From the NCBI RefSeq assembly GCF_006345805.1, contig NC_043002.1, forward strand, positions 12,710,001-12,774,000: a stretch of 64,000 nucleotides of DNA, in the 5' to 3' direction. The translations under genes were made by a program, and so were the position numbers. The DNA comes from Octopus sinensis (taxonomy: Eukaryota). The notes under the pieces were generated by a model. It did no database searches. It saw nothing but the letters and a program-made list of their open reading frames with translations, and had not been told where the DNA came from. This document shows, in pieces, positions 40,433-61,036 of this stretch (the stretch's first letter is position 1; every line of letters starts with the position of its first letter).

Positions 40433-43353
40433 TATCACTCCGTCGGTTGCGACGATCAGAGTTCCAGCTAATCCAAACGATGGCCTTATCGTGAAATTAC
40501 CGTTGCTGACACTCCATAAACATGCATACACTTATTGTAGTTTCTTTGAATGAATATCTTAAAAGGAAACTCTCTAAGAAATCCCATTATAGTCATACAT
40601 ACATAAATATATATTTGTCTGTGCTAACTACATCCCCAAAGATGGAGCCTTGTATCTTTGCTGAAAACCGGCTGCCTCCTTTGTGGAAGATTTATAATCA
40701 TTAGAAAATTGAAGATACACACATACACACACACGCACAAAGACACATACATAGACAGGTTTTTGCGTATTAACACAACCAATGATTTCATGTGGAAAGT
40801 ATCTCCAGAATTTTTTCAGACAATCCTTTGAAAGTTGATAACCGCCTTAGTTGTAATCTCCCTTGCACTGGCCCTGGAATGTTGCAATAATTTGCGTTCG
40901 CTACAGATTAATAAATTCTTTAATTATCTTAAGCGTCCACAATCTATGAAATCACCAAACTGATTATAAGCTCAAGCTCAGGTATCAAAACACACACACA
41001 TACACACACACTTGGTAATTAAGGAATTAGTAATTAAAGGTGAACGCATATAATTGCAAAACTCCATGGTCAATGCAGAGGAGGTAAAAATTGCTCTGGG
41101 TTAGCTCCCCTGATCTGTATATTTATTTCGAAATCCTGCGTAACCTTGCGTAGTTTCGTGTCTTCTCAAACGAAACGGACGTTATTACCAGTTTCATTAT
41201 TTATCCATAAATAAATGATATTTATTCACCAATGCGGTGTTGAGTATTCATTCTCAGATTTCGATACTAACGTCTATATATATGTAAGTGTGTGTGTGTG
41301 TGTGTGTGAAGGTGCAATGGCCCAGTGGTTATGGCAGCGGTCGTGAGATCGCGGTTTCGATTCCCAGACCGGGCATTTTCAGTGTTTATTGAGCGGAAAC
41401 CCCTAAAGCTCCACGAGGCTCCAGCAGGGAGTGGTGGCGAATCCTGCTGTACGCTTTTACCATTACTTTCTCTCACTCTTTCTTCTGTGTTTCTGTTGTA
41501 CTTGTATTTCAATGGGTCAGCCTTGTGACACACTGTGTCACGCTGAATTTGCCCGAGAACTTCGTTCAGGACACACAGCCACTTACACGTTACTTTTCCG
41601 AGCAGGCTATTCCGTTGATCGGCTCAACTGGAACCCTTGTCGTAGTAACCGATGGAGTGCCACAACATGTGTGTGTGTGTGTGTGTTTGTTAGTTTGTTT
41701 GCACCTCCGTGTCCTAGCGGTTCGGCTAAAAGACTAATAGGAAAAGCATCAAACTTAAAACATAAGTACTTAAGTCGATGTTTTTGAAGAAAATCCCTTG
41801 AAGGCGCTGACCCACCATAGTCGCAGCCCAATGACTGAAAGCAGTGTTATAGAACTTACCAGCTGTAATCAAAAAGTATCCAACCTTTTTTTTATTTTGC
41901 GCAAAATAACAAAGCGTGAGCAAAATCTGCATGGGTATGCACAAAGATTTCCCCCTGCAGTGATGTGTTGGGTACAGCCTTGAAGTGTGCTGTGAGATTT
42001 TTTAAAGTCAAATTTTTAAAAAATATTACTTGTTTTTTTGGCCAAAGTTCGGATAATTTTTGTCTACACCTAGTATTTGTAAATTTATTGGAATTTATAA
42101 ACATTATGCACTAAAATGTTTCAGAATTCAAAAATTAAAGAAATGGATGAAAATCAGTTTTGAAGTTTTAAAGAAATTTATTTTTCACAAAAAAACATTT
42201 CTAAAAGTTATTGTATTTCAAGTCGTACTGGTTACAGAAAACAGCCTTGCGATCATTGCTGATCTTGAAACGCAATTCTGAAATATACAAAATATGAATA
42301 TATATATAGATATAAAAAAGATATAAAATTGCTTTTAAAAATCTAGAAGTTAATCTTATCTTCCTAAAATAAATCCTTGTAGGTAAAAGACTTAAATTAG
42401 AAAATTGCGATCAAGTGTCTATAGTATTTGCATAATTTACTATTTTTCTTTAGCCCTGGGCACATCGGAACGCTTAATCAATTACCATGGCATATTACTG
42501 ACGAAGATCACAACATTACATATGAACGTGACTTTGGTCGATCACAGTATATAAGGCCAGCAATTTCCAATGACGATAGAAGCCGATACCAATAACACCA
42601 CTTTATGTTCATTTTTTTACTGCCCACAAGGGGCTATACACAGAGGTGACAGACAAGGACAAACAAACGGTTTAAGTTTATTATATCGACCCCAGCGCGT
42701 AACTGGTACTTATTTAATCGACCCCGAAAGGATGAAAGGCAAAGTCGACCTCGGCGGAACTTGAACTCAGAACGTAGCGGCAGACGAAATACCTATTTCT
42801 TTACTACCCACAAGGGGCTAAACACGGAAAGGAGAAACAAGGGACAAACTTGAACTCCGAACGTAACGGCAGACGAAATACGGCTATGCATTTCACCCGG
42901 CGTGCTAACGATTCTGCCAGCTCACCGCCTTGCATAATCATTTCTACTACAGGAACAAGGCCTGCAATTTTGTGGAGGGTATTAGTCGATTGCATGAACC
43001 CCAGTATTTCACTGGTACTTATTTTATCGACCTCGAATGGATGAAAGGGTGAAGTTATACTCGGCGGAATTCGAACTCGAGTATAAACAGCCGGAACAAA
43101 CAAAGCTAAGCATTTTACCCGACGCTCTAAAGGGATTGATAACTCACAGTTTTAAACGGTTTCAAATTTTGAGACAAGGCGAATCATAGAGGAGTTAATA
43201 TTTGTCCAATTTCCGTCCCATCTATCGAAAACATTCTGATAGTTTTACTATTACTATGGCCGCTAGGACTCTAGATCTTTCTGTAATGCGATAATTTAGA
43301 AATAAACGTGTCAAACGAAATATGATAAAATGAAATATAAAGAAGTTACTTAC

Positions 43354-43533
43354 ATTGGTTTTGACAATATGGCGGAGGAATTTCGCTACATCTTTGAGTT
43401 TGGGGGTCAAAGTAAAGATTGAATTGACACGGCATGGAAGGGTATGAGTTACGCTTGAAACAGGGAATATACCTGTGGCAGTCACTAGGGTCACGGTTCA
43501 TCCCGTCTGGGTATTGTTTACAGAGAGGATCAT
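43354..43533 (-). CDS. Copy C exon 2: CBM14 domain 2 (DDPLCKQYPDGMNRDPSDCHRYIPCFKRNSYPSMPCQFNLYFDPQTQRCSEIPPPYCQNQ)
   Basis: Same acceptor and donor; 180 nt, open, six Cys. Confidence 0.88.
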
Positions 43534-44414
43534 CTGAAGAGAAAATGTTTTAATAAAGTTTTAATGCAAGCGCGATAATTAATTTTGGTCATATCTTGAT
43601 TTTTAGAAAATGTAGTCACAAAGACCATATATTATGAAATAGTATCAAATGATACAATATATACATCAGTTCACATATATACAAATGCAGATATATATTA
43701 CTTCAGGTTTTCGTAGTGGAAAAACGCGTTTGCTTTCGCTCTGTGAAAAAAACAAAAAGATTTGCATAAATCGACGAAATAATCTACTAAAACTAACAAA
43801 ACGTAGAACTTGTTAACTCATAACGATCTACTAAAATACATTAATTAAAAATATATTAATTAAGAACGTAATATATTTCGCTTGAAGCCAAATATAATAC
43901 ATTAAAGTTAGTTACGCATGCTAGATTCTTCGCCGAAAAAGCACGTGGTGGCAAGTCTTTAACTTATCTCCAACCAAATGTAAGAAGGAAAAAGAATTGT
44001 TCTCTTTTCTGTTTTGAAAGAAAACTTCTTCGTACAAACACGAAGGTTTGGACTGTATTTTTTACGATAAGTAACGTTTTCATATTTTTGTTTATTATTT
44101 TTTATTTTCCTTTAATGTAAGCTAACATCTCAGTTACGATTTACGACGCCATCTTTGTTTACATTCTGAGAATAACTTTCTTTCAATTTCTGTTTCGCTT
44201 TCAATCTATCTTTCATTTTATCTCTATAAAACTAATATTTAAAAATTCTTTTCATATGTTTATTTTCATGTCAGCTACGACTGAGCTAGAAATATAATCG
44301 TAATTTTATCGTAATTTCATTTTATCGTAATTTCATTCTATCTCTATAAAACTAATATTTAAAAATCCTTTTCATTTGTTTATATTCCTGTAATTTAAGC
44401 TTACGACTGAGAAA

Positions 44415-45890
44415 TATAAGAGCATGGACAATTGCTAGTGGTGATCCGCCGAACAACATCATTACTGCCGCGCTAAACAACAATGGATTTCATAGAACCA
44501 TTGACCAAATAGAGCGAAAGAAAGGTGAATTTATCCGGTCTTACATGCTTATAAGACCACACATCAAAACATTGGATAACATAATTGAAAAGTATTGTGG
44601 CAAGGCTGATGAGGATGAAGAGGACGAAAAAAGCGAAGGAAGCCGGAAGTCTCTGTGATCCAGGAGCTCCTCAGGAAAATGGATCACCTACCTCGGTGAC
44701 CGACCAGGTAGTGAAGGATAGGGCAGCCAAGGGAGCAGAAACCGGAAGCCCCCCTGTACCAGTGGTCCAACAAAGAAATGAGAAATTAGAAATACAGAAG
44801 AAAAAAGGAAGGACCGAAAACAAAAATAAGGAGGGAAAGGGAAGAAAAGGAAAAACGACCAAAGCTGAAACCCCGACCCACCACAAAAACAGCAGAGAAC
44901 CCCATGTGGGATCCAATGCCACCCAGTACACTTCAGGAAAGAAGAAACCTGGAAGGCACCGAAGAACCTGTAGATTCTACCTGCGGGGCAAATGTTGGCA
45001 TGGGGAGGACGGCAAAAACTGCCGGTTCGCCCACCCGACAGCACGCCAGAACTTCAGGGGACTCAAAGAAAAAAGCTTTACTGAGGGAAGGAAAGAAATG
45101 TCTCCCAGGAAAACTTTCAAAAAAGAAGTGCGCTCCTCAGATGTTCTGCGCAACGCAGCAGCTGAGCAAGAGTCTTTTTTACGCATGGCACAAAGAATTG
45201 TCCAGCAGCTAACCTGGCTACACCAAGCACAGAGAAGTAACCCTCCCTACCACTATGCAAGACCACCACAGTCAACAGACAATGGATGGCCTCCAAAAAC
45301 GCCTGCACAGCAATCACCCCAATACTTTCAATAATTATTGGGGGCCTATTGCATCAAAGTAGAAACAAAATTTCTTTCCTGAGAGATCTAACTGCATGCA
45401 ACCAAGCCCTATGCATAGCACTCGTGGAAACTCACCTCAGCCCTGATATAGAAGACGCAGAAGTACACATACCAAGCTATGTCATACTGCGAACAGACAA
45501 AAGGGAAAGGAGCCATGGTGGAGTTGCTGTATGCATTCGAGATGACCTGACACCCAAGGTCTTAATGACAAACTCAAATTCGGTATGTGACACTCTAATT
45601 GTATACCTAAGACAACATAATATAGTCATATGCAATACATATTGCCCCCCGGATGCCCCAAATCACATAGGCAAGTTTGAAGATTGCCTCACAAGAATTA
45701 AAGAAATCCTCATGAATCTGGAACACCACGTGACCATATTTCTTATGGGTGATTTCAACTTCCCCAACGTCAAATGGCCTGAAGGTCTCATACTCTCAGG
45801 AATGAATCATTGCAAGCAAGTACAGGTGGAGTCCGTGCTCAACGTCATCAACGCCTTATACATGGAGCAAGTTGTACTCAAACCAACTAG
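44415..45890 (+). mobile_element. 5' part of the LINE in copy C (ORF1 open for 249 aa, APE truncated)
   Basis: ORFs 44585-45334 and 45286-45966; same junction as copy B. Confidence 0.88.
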
Positions 45891-46343
45891 AAATAAACAG
45901 AATAGTACCGGTCTCAGCAAACTGATTTGGGATTTAAAAAAGACCACAATGAACAATTTCATTTAGAATGGTTGATCCTCTCAATTTCGATACCATATGA
46001 CAAAGGCAAGAAATCCTGACTTCTCTGCAATTCTGAGCTTTTTTCATTATTTTTTCTAAAAATACTCTAGTAAACACGGTTATAGAACGAGCATACAGAT
46101 GTAAGCATTCGCAGAAACATACATTTAGTGCATATAAGTAGTCTCTATCATTATATATAATTTAAACTTTAATTTCCTTTATATTTAACATTCACTATTA
46201 ATATCCCTACTCTTTCTGTTAGCTACTTATGACGTTATATCATATAACGTTTTTTTAAACAATATTAATAGCGTTCTGTCTATCGCTATACAAATCCATC
46301 ATTTTTTGCTAAAATGTCGTATTGACGAGTTTCGTTTTTTTTC

Positions 46344-46430
46344 ACTTTCCTGAGGAGAAGATTGCATTGTTTATACCATTTATTCTTTTGAATAAGTATC
46401 AGTGGAATTTTCGAAACATGTGTCGAAAGT
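46344..46430 (+). ncRNA. Type I hammerhead motif (copy C); the counterpart at 19736-19822 has a broken core
   Basis: actttc CTGAGGA gaa...ttc GAAA c ATGT g TC gaaagt; copy B reads CCTAAGA at the core. Confidence 0.75.
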
Positions 46431-46960
46431 AAAAATACTTGTTTAAACCTGCGTTAACTCCATTTTTTATTCATATATATACATATATATATATATATAT
46501 ACAGAGAGAGAGAGAGAGAGAGAGAGATCGTTGGCCACTACACACATTTATTTCTCGAAACGTAAAACACTTTTTCTATTCCTGAGTGTTATACTAATAC
46601 TTCTGTTTGTTTGTACACGACCTGGCTTCGTCTTTTGTTTTTTTCGTAAACTCTCCCTATATATATATATATGTATATATAATATTAATTAGAGACAAAA
46701 CCACTATTATGCAAATCAAACAAAGAAAGACTTAATCCAATACATAAAAATTTTTATATAAATTAAATAAAATTAATTTAATTTAATTTTATTTAATTTA
46801 TATAAAATATGTTATGTATTGGATTAAGTCTTTCTTTGTTTGATTTGCATAATAGTGGTTTTGTCTCTAATTAATATTATATAATATTTTACTATAAAAT
46901 TGGATTCAATCCTAAATCTGATTTTTCCCTGTAAATTTGGATTTATTCCCTAATATTTAT

Positions 46961-47000
<40 letters not shown>

Positions 47001-47208
47001 CGGGAAGCTTTATGAAAATAAACAAAAGACGAAGGCAGGTGGAATACAAACAAACAATTATATTAGTATGGCGCTCAGGAATATAGATAAAACAAGTCTT
47101 TTACGTTTCGAGCCTACGCTCTTCAACAGAAAGATACACAGAAAAGAAACACGAAGAGAAACAAGGAGAGAGGAAAAAATGCGTGCAGAAGCTAGCGAAT
47201 CAACATGG

Positions 47209-51830
<4,622 letters not shown>

Positions 51831-53128
51831 TACATATATATATATATAAGTATATATATATATAAATACACGCATATATATATAAGTATATATATATAAA
51901 TATAATTAATTAATAAGGGTGAGAGAATTAGATACTAATTTAATAGTATATCTATTCAACACCAAGTGGCCTAGTGCTCCGAGAAACCTGGATTATTATA
52001 ATATTTTATAATATATTACAATATTTTTACAAAATAAATATAAGAGAGTGGTCACTATATGGCTCACTCTAGCACCAGTTAATCCAAAAGGTTTCAACCA
52101 CAAAAATACATGTTTCCCATGAAAGTCAGTACGATTGTTAGCTCACACGGACAGGGCAAATAAAAAATAACAAAAATACAGATTATTTTGGGACAATTGT
52201 TTCGCTATTAATGAATTAAATGTAATTTTACTTACAAAAAAATCCACTTGTAGCTCGTCAGCCAAAACTATCTGGATGAAATCCACTCAATCACACGCCA
52301 GATTTTACCATAACGATAAATACGCGTGTGGTTCAATTGATTACATCCGACGTTGTACTGACTTTCATGGGAAACATGTATTTTTGTGGTTGAAACCTTT
52401 TGGATTAACTGGTGCTAGAGTGAGCCATATAGTGACCACTCTCTTATATTTATTTTGTAAAAATATTGTAATATATTATAAAATATTATAATAATCCAGG
52501 TTTCTCGGAGCACTAGGCCACTTGGTGTTGAATAGATATACTATTAAATTAGTATCTAATTCTCTCACCCTTATTAATTAATTATAATTATGCTGCATTT
52601 ATTTCTAAATGCTGTATTTGTTTTCCGTGAAAGTTTGGCGCGCTGTTAGTTGGGGCATTTGAATTATAACGTCGGATGTAATCAATTGAACCACACGCGT
52701 ATTTATCGTTATGGTAAAATCTGGCGTGTGATTGAGTGGATTTCATCCAGATAGTTTTGGCTGACGAGCTACAAGTGGATTTTTTTGTAAGTAAAATTAC
52801 ATTTAATTCATTAATAGCGAAACAATTGTCCCAAAATAATCTGTATTTTTGTTATTTTTTATTTGCCCTGTCCGTGTGAGCTAACAATCGTACTGACTTT
52901 CATGGGAAACATGTATTTTTGTGGTTGAAACCTTTTGGATTAACTGGTGCTAGAGTGAGCCATATAGTGACCACTCTCTTATATTTATTTTATATATATA
53001 AATATATATATACGTATATATATATATATATAGATGAATATATAAATATACATATTTATAGTTAAAGATGTACATATATATATGAATATATATAAAAATA
53101 TACACATATATATATATATATAAATTTA

Positions 53129-53190
<62 letters not shown>

Positions 53191-56100
53191 CTATTTTACT
53201 ATTTTTCTATTTCAAAATGTTTCAGCTACAAAGCTGCAGTCATGCTGGAGCACCACCACTGACATTTGAAACCGCCTCTGATATGTAGTATATGGTCAAT
53301 GTGGGGGTTTGATGCTGCTGTTCTCATCTGTATTTCCTGCCGTGAGGTTGGCTCGTCTGGAACCCGTAACAGGAATAGATCCAGTATTGTTTTAAAGACA
53401 CATCCATGCCATGCAAGTCTCTCGGGCACTTTGGAAAGATATTAAAGAGCTGTGAGCCATTGAAGCCCAAGCTGTTACAGTATCTGGTCCTGTATTTTGA
53501 TGGCGATGCTTCGATCCTTGGCACTGTGCAGTGGCGCCCCGTTCGGCAGTTTGAGTAACTTTCCATGCAAAAACTTGGTACAAGGCCTTCTAGGATTTTC
53601 CAGATGTATATCACTGCATATCTCTCTTTCCTTCGTTCCATGGAGAAGAGTTTTAATTCTTTAAGTTTTTCCCAATAGCTGATATGTTGTATCGAGACGA
53701 TTTTCTTCGTGTAGCTTAGCTTCGTTGGAGTACTTCGAGTTCCACTGTGGATTTTTTATTGTGTGGTGATCATAGGTGGGAGCAATAGTCTAAGCCAAAG
53801 GATCATCAATGTCTCCTTTTGTCTTGCTTTGAAAGTTAAGAGAATCCATCAATCCATCCGTCAGCATTTTGTTACCAAAATTGAAAAATTTCTTTCTGTA
53901 ATTTCATCCTTATATTCGAAGTAAATATAGATGCACACTGATAATTATGAATCCGGTTTAGGGGCTCAGGTTCGAGTGCCCAACACCTTGAGGATTGTTG
54001 GTCCCCGCCGTAGCAACTATGTTTCCTGTGTCTATTCTCACCCGGGTTACTAGCAGTTGTCATGGTCCCAGTCATATACTGAAAATCTATCCGAGCGCAG
54101 GGCGCAGAATTACCTTTGGCTAGTATCAGGGAGCGCAGTAAAACCATCAAGACCTCTAAATTCCATCTCATCATCCTTCTAGGAGAGGGACAATCACTGT
54201 TTTACGTGATTAATGGTCTTCTTGCTTCGGTCGGTCACTGGTACTAATCAAAGTGACTCAGAGTGTTGGAGTCGTGTTGTACAAGCACTTATAATTATAA
54301 TGCGATGATGTAGGGCGGCCTCCATTGTCATTCAATCTAATGAAAGTCCTATGGAATACGGAAGTGTGGTGACTTATAAGTAACAACATTCGTCTGTCAC
54401 CTATGCTTCAAAGCAAGTAGTTCTGCAGCGAGACTGAACAGTCGTCTAAGACGTCATGGGCGGAGAGCCAGAAATGCTATTGACGATGAGGGAACATTGT
54501 GCGGCGATCATCTGTAATGACAGAGCAATCTCACATACACATACACACACACGCACACACAAAATGGATTGAAATTTTCGCACAAGGCCAGCCATTTAGA
54601 AGTCGGTGCTAAGTTAATTACAGTGACCCCAATGTATAACTGGTACTTAATTTATCAACCCCGAAAGGATGAATGACAATGTCGATCTCGGAAGAATTTC
54701 AACCCAGCACGCAAAGACAGACGACATGCTGGTAAGTTCTTAGGCCGGCATGTCAACTAGTCATTTAAGCGCATCTCCACACTTCACCATACGGCATTCT
54801 GAGTGGTTTGAGTTGCGGAAGGTTGCATTCTGTGTTGAGGGCATTGTGGCTTTTATTCAGTTGATGGTCTTTTTGCTGTTTTCAGGTTTTCTGTTACAGG
54901 TATACGAGATGTTCTCTTGTTCCTGATTCGGTTGTTTTGTTCTTACCGTGCTGTAACTGTTATTGCTGCTCTTACTGCTTCTGTTAGTCTCTACTACACC
55001 AGTGGTATTGAGCGAGGGGAAGTGTTGAGTGCATTTTGGAATTACAACTTACAAGTCATTTTATATATTTACGCGCCCTTTTCAAACCTTACGAGGCTCA
55101 TGGGCCCGGTTTCCAGGTTTCTATGGCATATGTGTTCCTCCCAGCGGGACGGGACGCCAGTCCATCGCAACGTTACTCAAGAAAAAGGAAGAAAGAGTGA
55201 GAGACAGTTGGGGCGAAAGAGTGCAACAGGGGTCGCCACCACCCACTGCAGGAGCTTCGTGGAGCTTTAGGTGTTTTTGCTCAATAAACACACACAACGC
55301 TCGGTCTGGGAATCGAAACCGCGATCCTCCGACCGCGAGTCCGCTGCTCTAATCACTGGGCCATTGCGCCTCCAAATTACAAGCCATATCTCGCCTTTCT
55401 CTTTTGTTTTTCGATTGATAAAGGCGAAGTCATTTCAAAATTTCTTGCTTCGAAAAATGTTTTCGTGTAAAATTTCTCACCGAAGGTCTGGTAATTTTAT
55501 TCACCATAATAACAAAGAAAAACAATAAAATTGGCGAAGTACACTTCTAAATAGGAAGGAAATCAATAGACAAGCTCGTGGAGCTTTCGGAAGCACGTAG
55601 CTTCTGTGATGAACGACAATGAAGTTGATGGTGATGATAATGATGATGGGAAGAGGAGGAAGTGGTTTGAAAATTCGGCATAGGCCCAGAAGTTTTCGAG
55701 GAGTATGTACTCCATTACATTCACCCCCAGTAGCCGACTGGCGCTAAATTTATCGACCCCGAAAGGATGAAAGTCAATGATTTGCTTGTCAGTTGTTTGA
55801 CCTTAACCAGTTGAGCATGTCCCTTAGTGGCTGACGATATGTGCATCTCTGATCACGAGCAAAAGTAGTGGGGAGCCATGTGTTGAGAAGGATTCTTTGG
55901 GGTTTGAATAATTCACCTCTGGAAACATGGGTGTTTCGTTCAACGTCCTTAAACAACCCTTATTCAGGGACCTTTTGAGCGGGGTGGGTTACTCGATCTG
56001 AAGAAAATTCTAACTGGGCTCCACCTGCAAGGTCATGCGCTGTTTATCTTGATATGAGATCACCATGTCGCGCACATATGGTTGTGATGCATGTGCCTGG

Positions 56101-56195
56101 TGTACCCTTATCAGACGGGTAGTCATGATGGGTATACTGGGCTTCGTATATTTTACCCCAGTGTAACTTTGATGGCATGCTCTGCTCGCTCATTC

Positions 56196-56301
<106 letters not shown>

Positions 56302-56534
56302 GATAGTGCGCATGGGAACTGCTCATATCCTACGCAAAATACTTTTTATGTAATCTCAATTTTCAAAACAAACAACTTTCGGATGGTTTTTTTAGGCATT
56401 CACTAGTACAACACTAAGTACAAAACCAAAAATATGGAACCCTAGGCATAACACCAACACGAACTTCCAGCATGTCTCTTGAGGTCTCTGGGTGAGACTT
56501 GGAGCAAGCTTGTGCAACTGTAAACAAAACATAG

Positions 56535-56592
<58 letters not shown>

Positions 56593-56605
56593 GCAGCAGC
56601 AGCAG

Positions 56606-56636
<31 letters not shown>

Positions 56637-56693
56637 AATAACAACAACAATAACAATAACAACAACAACAATAATAATAACAATAACAATAAC

Positions 56694-56768
<75 letters not shown>

Positions 56769-57701
56769 TAAAAAAAAGCCTTCTTGGCAAGAGCGTCTGC
56801 AACAACAAATTAAAATATTTAGATCTGACATTGAATATTTGAAAAACCTTAAGGCTTACTAGACTACCAAACCTACAAAAACCCAAAAATTACTGAAAAA
56901 ATACAATATGAAAACTATACTTGATATTGATGCCTCCATAGAAACCATCAAACAAAAGGTATCTGCCAAAGCTGCCCGCATAGCGAGGTATGAAAAGCGT
57001 GTTAGATTTTTCAAGGACAACAATATGTTCAAAAATAACACCAAGAATTTTTACAGGAAGATAGGAAAAACAGCGTTTACTGCAAGGTCGGTATCATCAA
57101 AAGAAGAAGTGCAGGGATTTTGGAATAAAATCTGGGCAGAAGAAAAAACACACAACGAAAGGCCCCCCTGGATTGACAGAATATCTACAGAACTGGACCC
57201 CTTAGAACAGCAAAAGTGGGAGGGTGTCAAGGTAGAAGATATAAGATCTGCTCTCAGGAGGTCAAGCAAATGGAAGTCTCCAGGAAAGGATAAAATTCCT
57301 AACTTCTGGCTGAATGCCTTCCCAGAGAGCCATGAACTGCTAACAGAACTGTGCAATGATGTTTTGCAACACCCTAGTAGGATGCCTCCTTGGCTAGTTA
57401 ATGGGTTAACATTTCTGCTTCCAAAAAGTGAAGAAACAAATGAACCAAAAAACTATAGATCCATAACCTGCTTAACAACTATATACAAAACACTAACATC
57501 TGTCCTGACGGAATATACCTATAGTTTTTTAACAGACACCAGCATATTCCCTAATGAACAGAAAGGATGTAAACGTGGATCCTACGGCTGTAAAGACCAA
57601 CTACTCATCAATAAGATGATCTTAGAAGATTGTCACAAACGACACAAAAACTTATCAATAGCCTGGATAGACTAATAATAATAATAATAGCCTGGATAGA
57701 C

Positions 57702-57754
<53 letters not shown>

Positions 57755-58612
57755 GCCCTGATGCAGTACCAGGCAGTGGCTCTCATGGCTTCTGATCTTA
57801 ACTGATTGGAAGTGTTATCATGTACATTGTTTTGTCTTGGTATAAAAGATGGGCTACAGCAAATATTCTGCTCAATACCACAGATTTGCTTATCAGTTGT
57901 TTGACCTTAACCAGTTGAGCATGTTCCTTAGTGGCTGACGATATGTGCATCTCTGATCACGAGTAGAAGTAGTGGGGGAGCATTATAGCCATGTGTTGAG
58001 AGGGATTCTTTGGAGTTTGAATGATTCACCTCTGGAAACATGGGTGTTTCATTCAACATCTTTAAACAACCCTTAATCAGGGACCTTTTGAGTGGGATGG
58101 GTTACCCGACCAGAAGAAAATTCTAACTGGGCCCCATCTGCAAGGTCATGCACTGTTTATCTTGATATGAGATCACCATGTCGCGCACATATGGTTGTGA
58201 TGCATGTGCCTGGTGTACCCTTATCAGACGGGTAGTCATGATGGGTATACTGGGCTTCGTATATTTAACCCCAGTGTCACTTTGATGGCATGCACTGCTC
58301 TCTCACTCAATAATAACAATAATAATAATAATAATAATAATGGTAATAATAATAATAATTAATAAATGCGCCCTTTTAAAGCCTAGCAAGACTCATGGGC
58401 CCGGTTTCCCGGTTTCTATGGCGTATGTGTTCCCCAGCTGGACGGAACGCCAGTCCATCGCAGCGGTACTCATTTTTGCCAGCTGAGTGGACTGGAGCAC
58501 CGTGAAATGAAGTGTTTTGCTCAAGAACAGAACGCGACGCCCGGTCCAGGAATCGAAACCACAATCTTACGATCATGGTGCTGACACCCTAAACACTAAG
58601 CCAAGCGCCTCC

Positions 58613-58662
<50 letters not shown>

Positions 58663-58663
58663 C

Positions 58664-58700
<37 letters not shown>

Positions 58701-58739
58701 CCCAGTGTCACTTTGATGGCATGAACTGCTCTCTCACTC

Positions 58740-58799
<60 letters not shown>

Positions 58800-60247
58800 C
58801 CTTTCTAATCTAAGCACAAAGCCTGGAATTTTGGGGGAAGGGTCCAGTCGATAGGACTGATCCTAGTACACAACTGGTACTTACTTTCTCGACCCCGAAA
58901 GGATGAAAGGCATAGTCGACCTCGGCGGAATTTGAACTCACAAAGGTGAAATTCTACTTCACATTTTGCCCGGCGTGTTGACAGGATCTAGGATGCATCA
59001 CCCAAAATCTGACATAGAAAGACTATATATACAACGTATAGAAGGTGGTAGAGGCCTTATAGAGCTGGAAAACTACTATAAAATAACGACCATAGGACTG
59101 CAAAAATATCTACTTCAGAAGGAAGGAAAACTGATACAAATAGCGGCAAAACACGAGCAAAACAAAAAAGAATTCTCAGTATTTAAGGAAGGTGACAAAT
59201 ACAAACAAGAAATCATACCACCTAACAAATATGAAAAAGAAGAAGATGAAGAAACAACAAAAGCTATAAAACAATTGAAATCCAAACTAAAAATAGAACA
59301 GCAACGAACCATGATAAAACGATGGCAAGAAAAGCCGCTTCATGGCAAATACTGGACTAAACTAAATGCAAAAGAAATAGACAAAGAAAAGTCCCAGCAA
59401 TGGTTGAGAAGCTCAGGACTCAAAGCAGAGACAGAGGGATTTTTAATTGCAACACAAGACCAAAGCCTCTCCACCAGAAATTACCAAAAACATGTAATGA
59501 AAAGAAATATAACAAGTAACTGCAGAATGTGTGGAGATGGACAAGAAACAATAAATCATATTATCTCTGGCTGCCCAGTCCTAGCTAAGAAGGAATATAT
59601 TCACAGACACGACAGAGTTGGGACCTACATACACTGGAAGCTATGCCAGCATTATGGAATAACAACAGAAAAAAGATGGTATAGGGTCACACCAGAAAAG
59701 GTTACAGAAAACGAGAAAGCAACCATACTCTGGGATATGCCAATACACACAGATAGAGAAATTAAGGCCAACAGACCAGATATAGTTGTCAGAGATCATG
59801 AAGAAAAGATGCTTTCTAATTGTTGTGTCAATACCAGCAGATGACAACGTATCTCTAAAAGAAATGGAGAAACTTTCAAAATACAAAAACCTGGAAATAG
59901 AGGTAACCAGAATGTGGAATCTAAAAGCAGAAAGAATACCTATCATAACAGGTGCATTAGGCATGATAAAAAATATAGCAAAAACACCAAAACATATAAC
60001 ATACAGAAAATAACATACAGTATAAAATATACATATAACATACAGAAAATTGCACTACTAGGCACTGCACACATCATACGCAGAACACTTTCAATACAGT
60101 AACCATCAGAGCACCACAAATCACAGCACATACCCAAGGCACACAGAGCTGCGCTCGGTAGTGAAGTGAAAGCACGCTATAAAAATAAAATTACTGAGTA
60201 ATAATAATAATAGCAATAATGATAAATATATAGATAGAGAAACTTAC

Positions 60248-60524
60248 CGAATCTTCCTCCATAAACTGGTCGGTCGCAGTCATCATATTGGCTGCCCCGC
60301 CACACACAGACTTGTTGAGATTGAGAAAACACAGTTTGTTTAAAACATGCCAACGGTATGGGAAACATAGCATTACATAAGTAGAATTCACTGCAGTTAC
60401 TTGGGGATCGGACAAAATGTGATCCCACCCTAATTTGTGTCTGCTGACACAGAGTCATGATACTCTGACTGTAGACTGTTGACACTGCGATCAAGAGAAT
60501 GGCGGCCACAACACGGAACTCCAT
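60248..60524 (-). CDS. Copy C exon 1: signal peptide + CBM14 domain 1
   Basis: 277 nt, GTAAGT donor, six Cys. Confidence 0.9.
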
Positions 60525-60617
60525 TGTTGTAATTTTATCAATTATAGAATCGAACGAGAGTTAAGACGAATGGCTTGCAAAAACGCTATCACAACAGACT
60601 AGTAACCTCTGTAAATG

Positions 60618-60651
60618 TGACTCAGATCCCTTAGAGTGAGCTTCTTATATA
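60618..60651 (-). promoter_or_regulatory. Core promoter of copy C (TATA 60644-60651)
   Basis: Same motif and spacing as copy A. Confidence 0.6.
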
Positions 60652-60979
60652 GGCCTTAAATAGGGTTAGGGTGAGGTTTTGAATAAGAATTAGGTAGTTG
60701 ATTCAGGTTCTTTTTTTAAAATTGATCTAATATTTGGTCTTACTTCTTCATGCTAACAAGCCTCCGCCCAACGACCGTATTAGATAACTAGTTTATGTGC
60801 GTTGTCATTGTTGTAGTTGTTGACGTTGTTGTTGTTTTCCTTCTCCCCCTCCTCCTCCGCTTCCTCCCACCTTCAGATTAGTCATCAGTTATGTCAATGG
60901 TGATGAAACAGATGGCCTTAGCGTTTTATTGATAGTTATTATTCTCTTGCAATTAACACTAGATACGTACATATATGCA

Positions 60980-61036
<57 letters not shown>
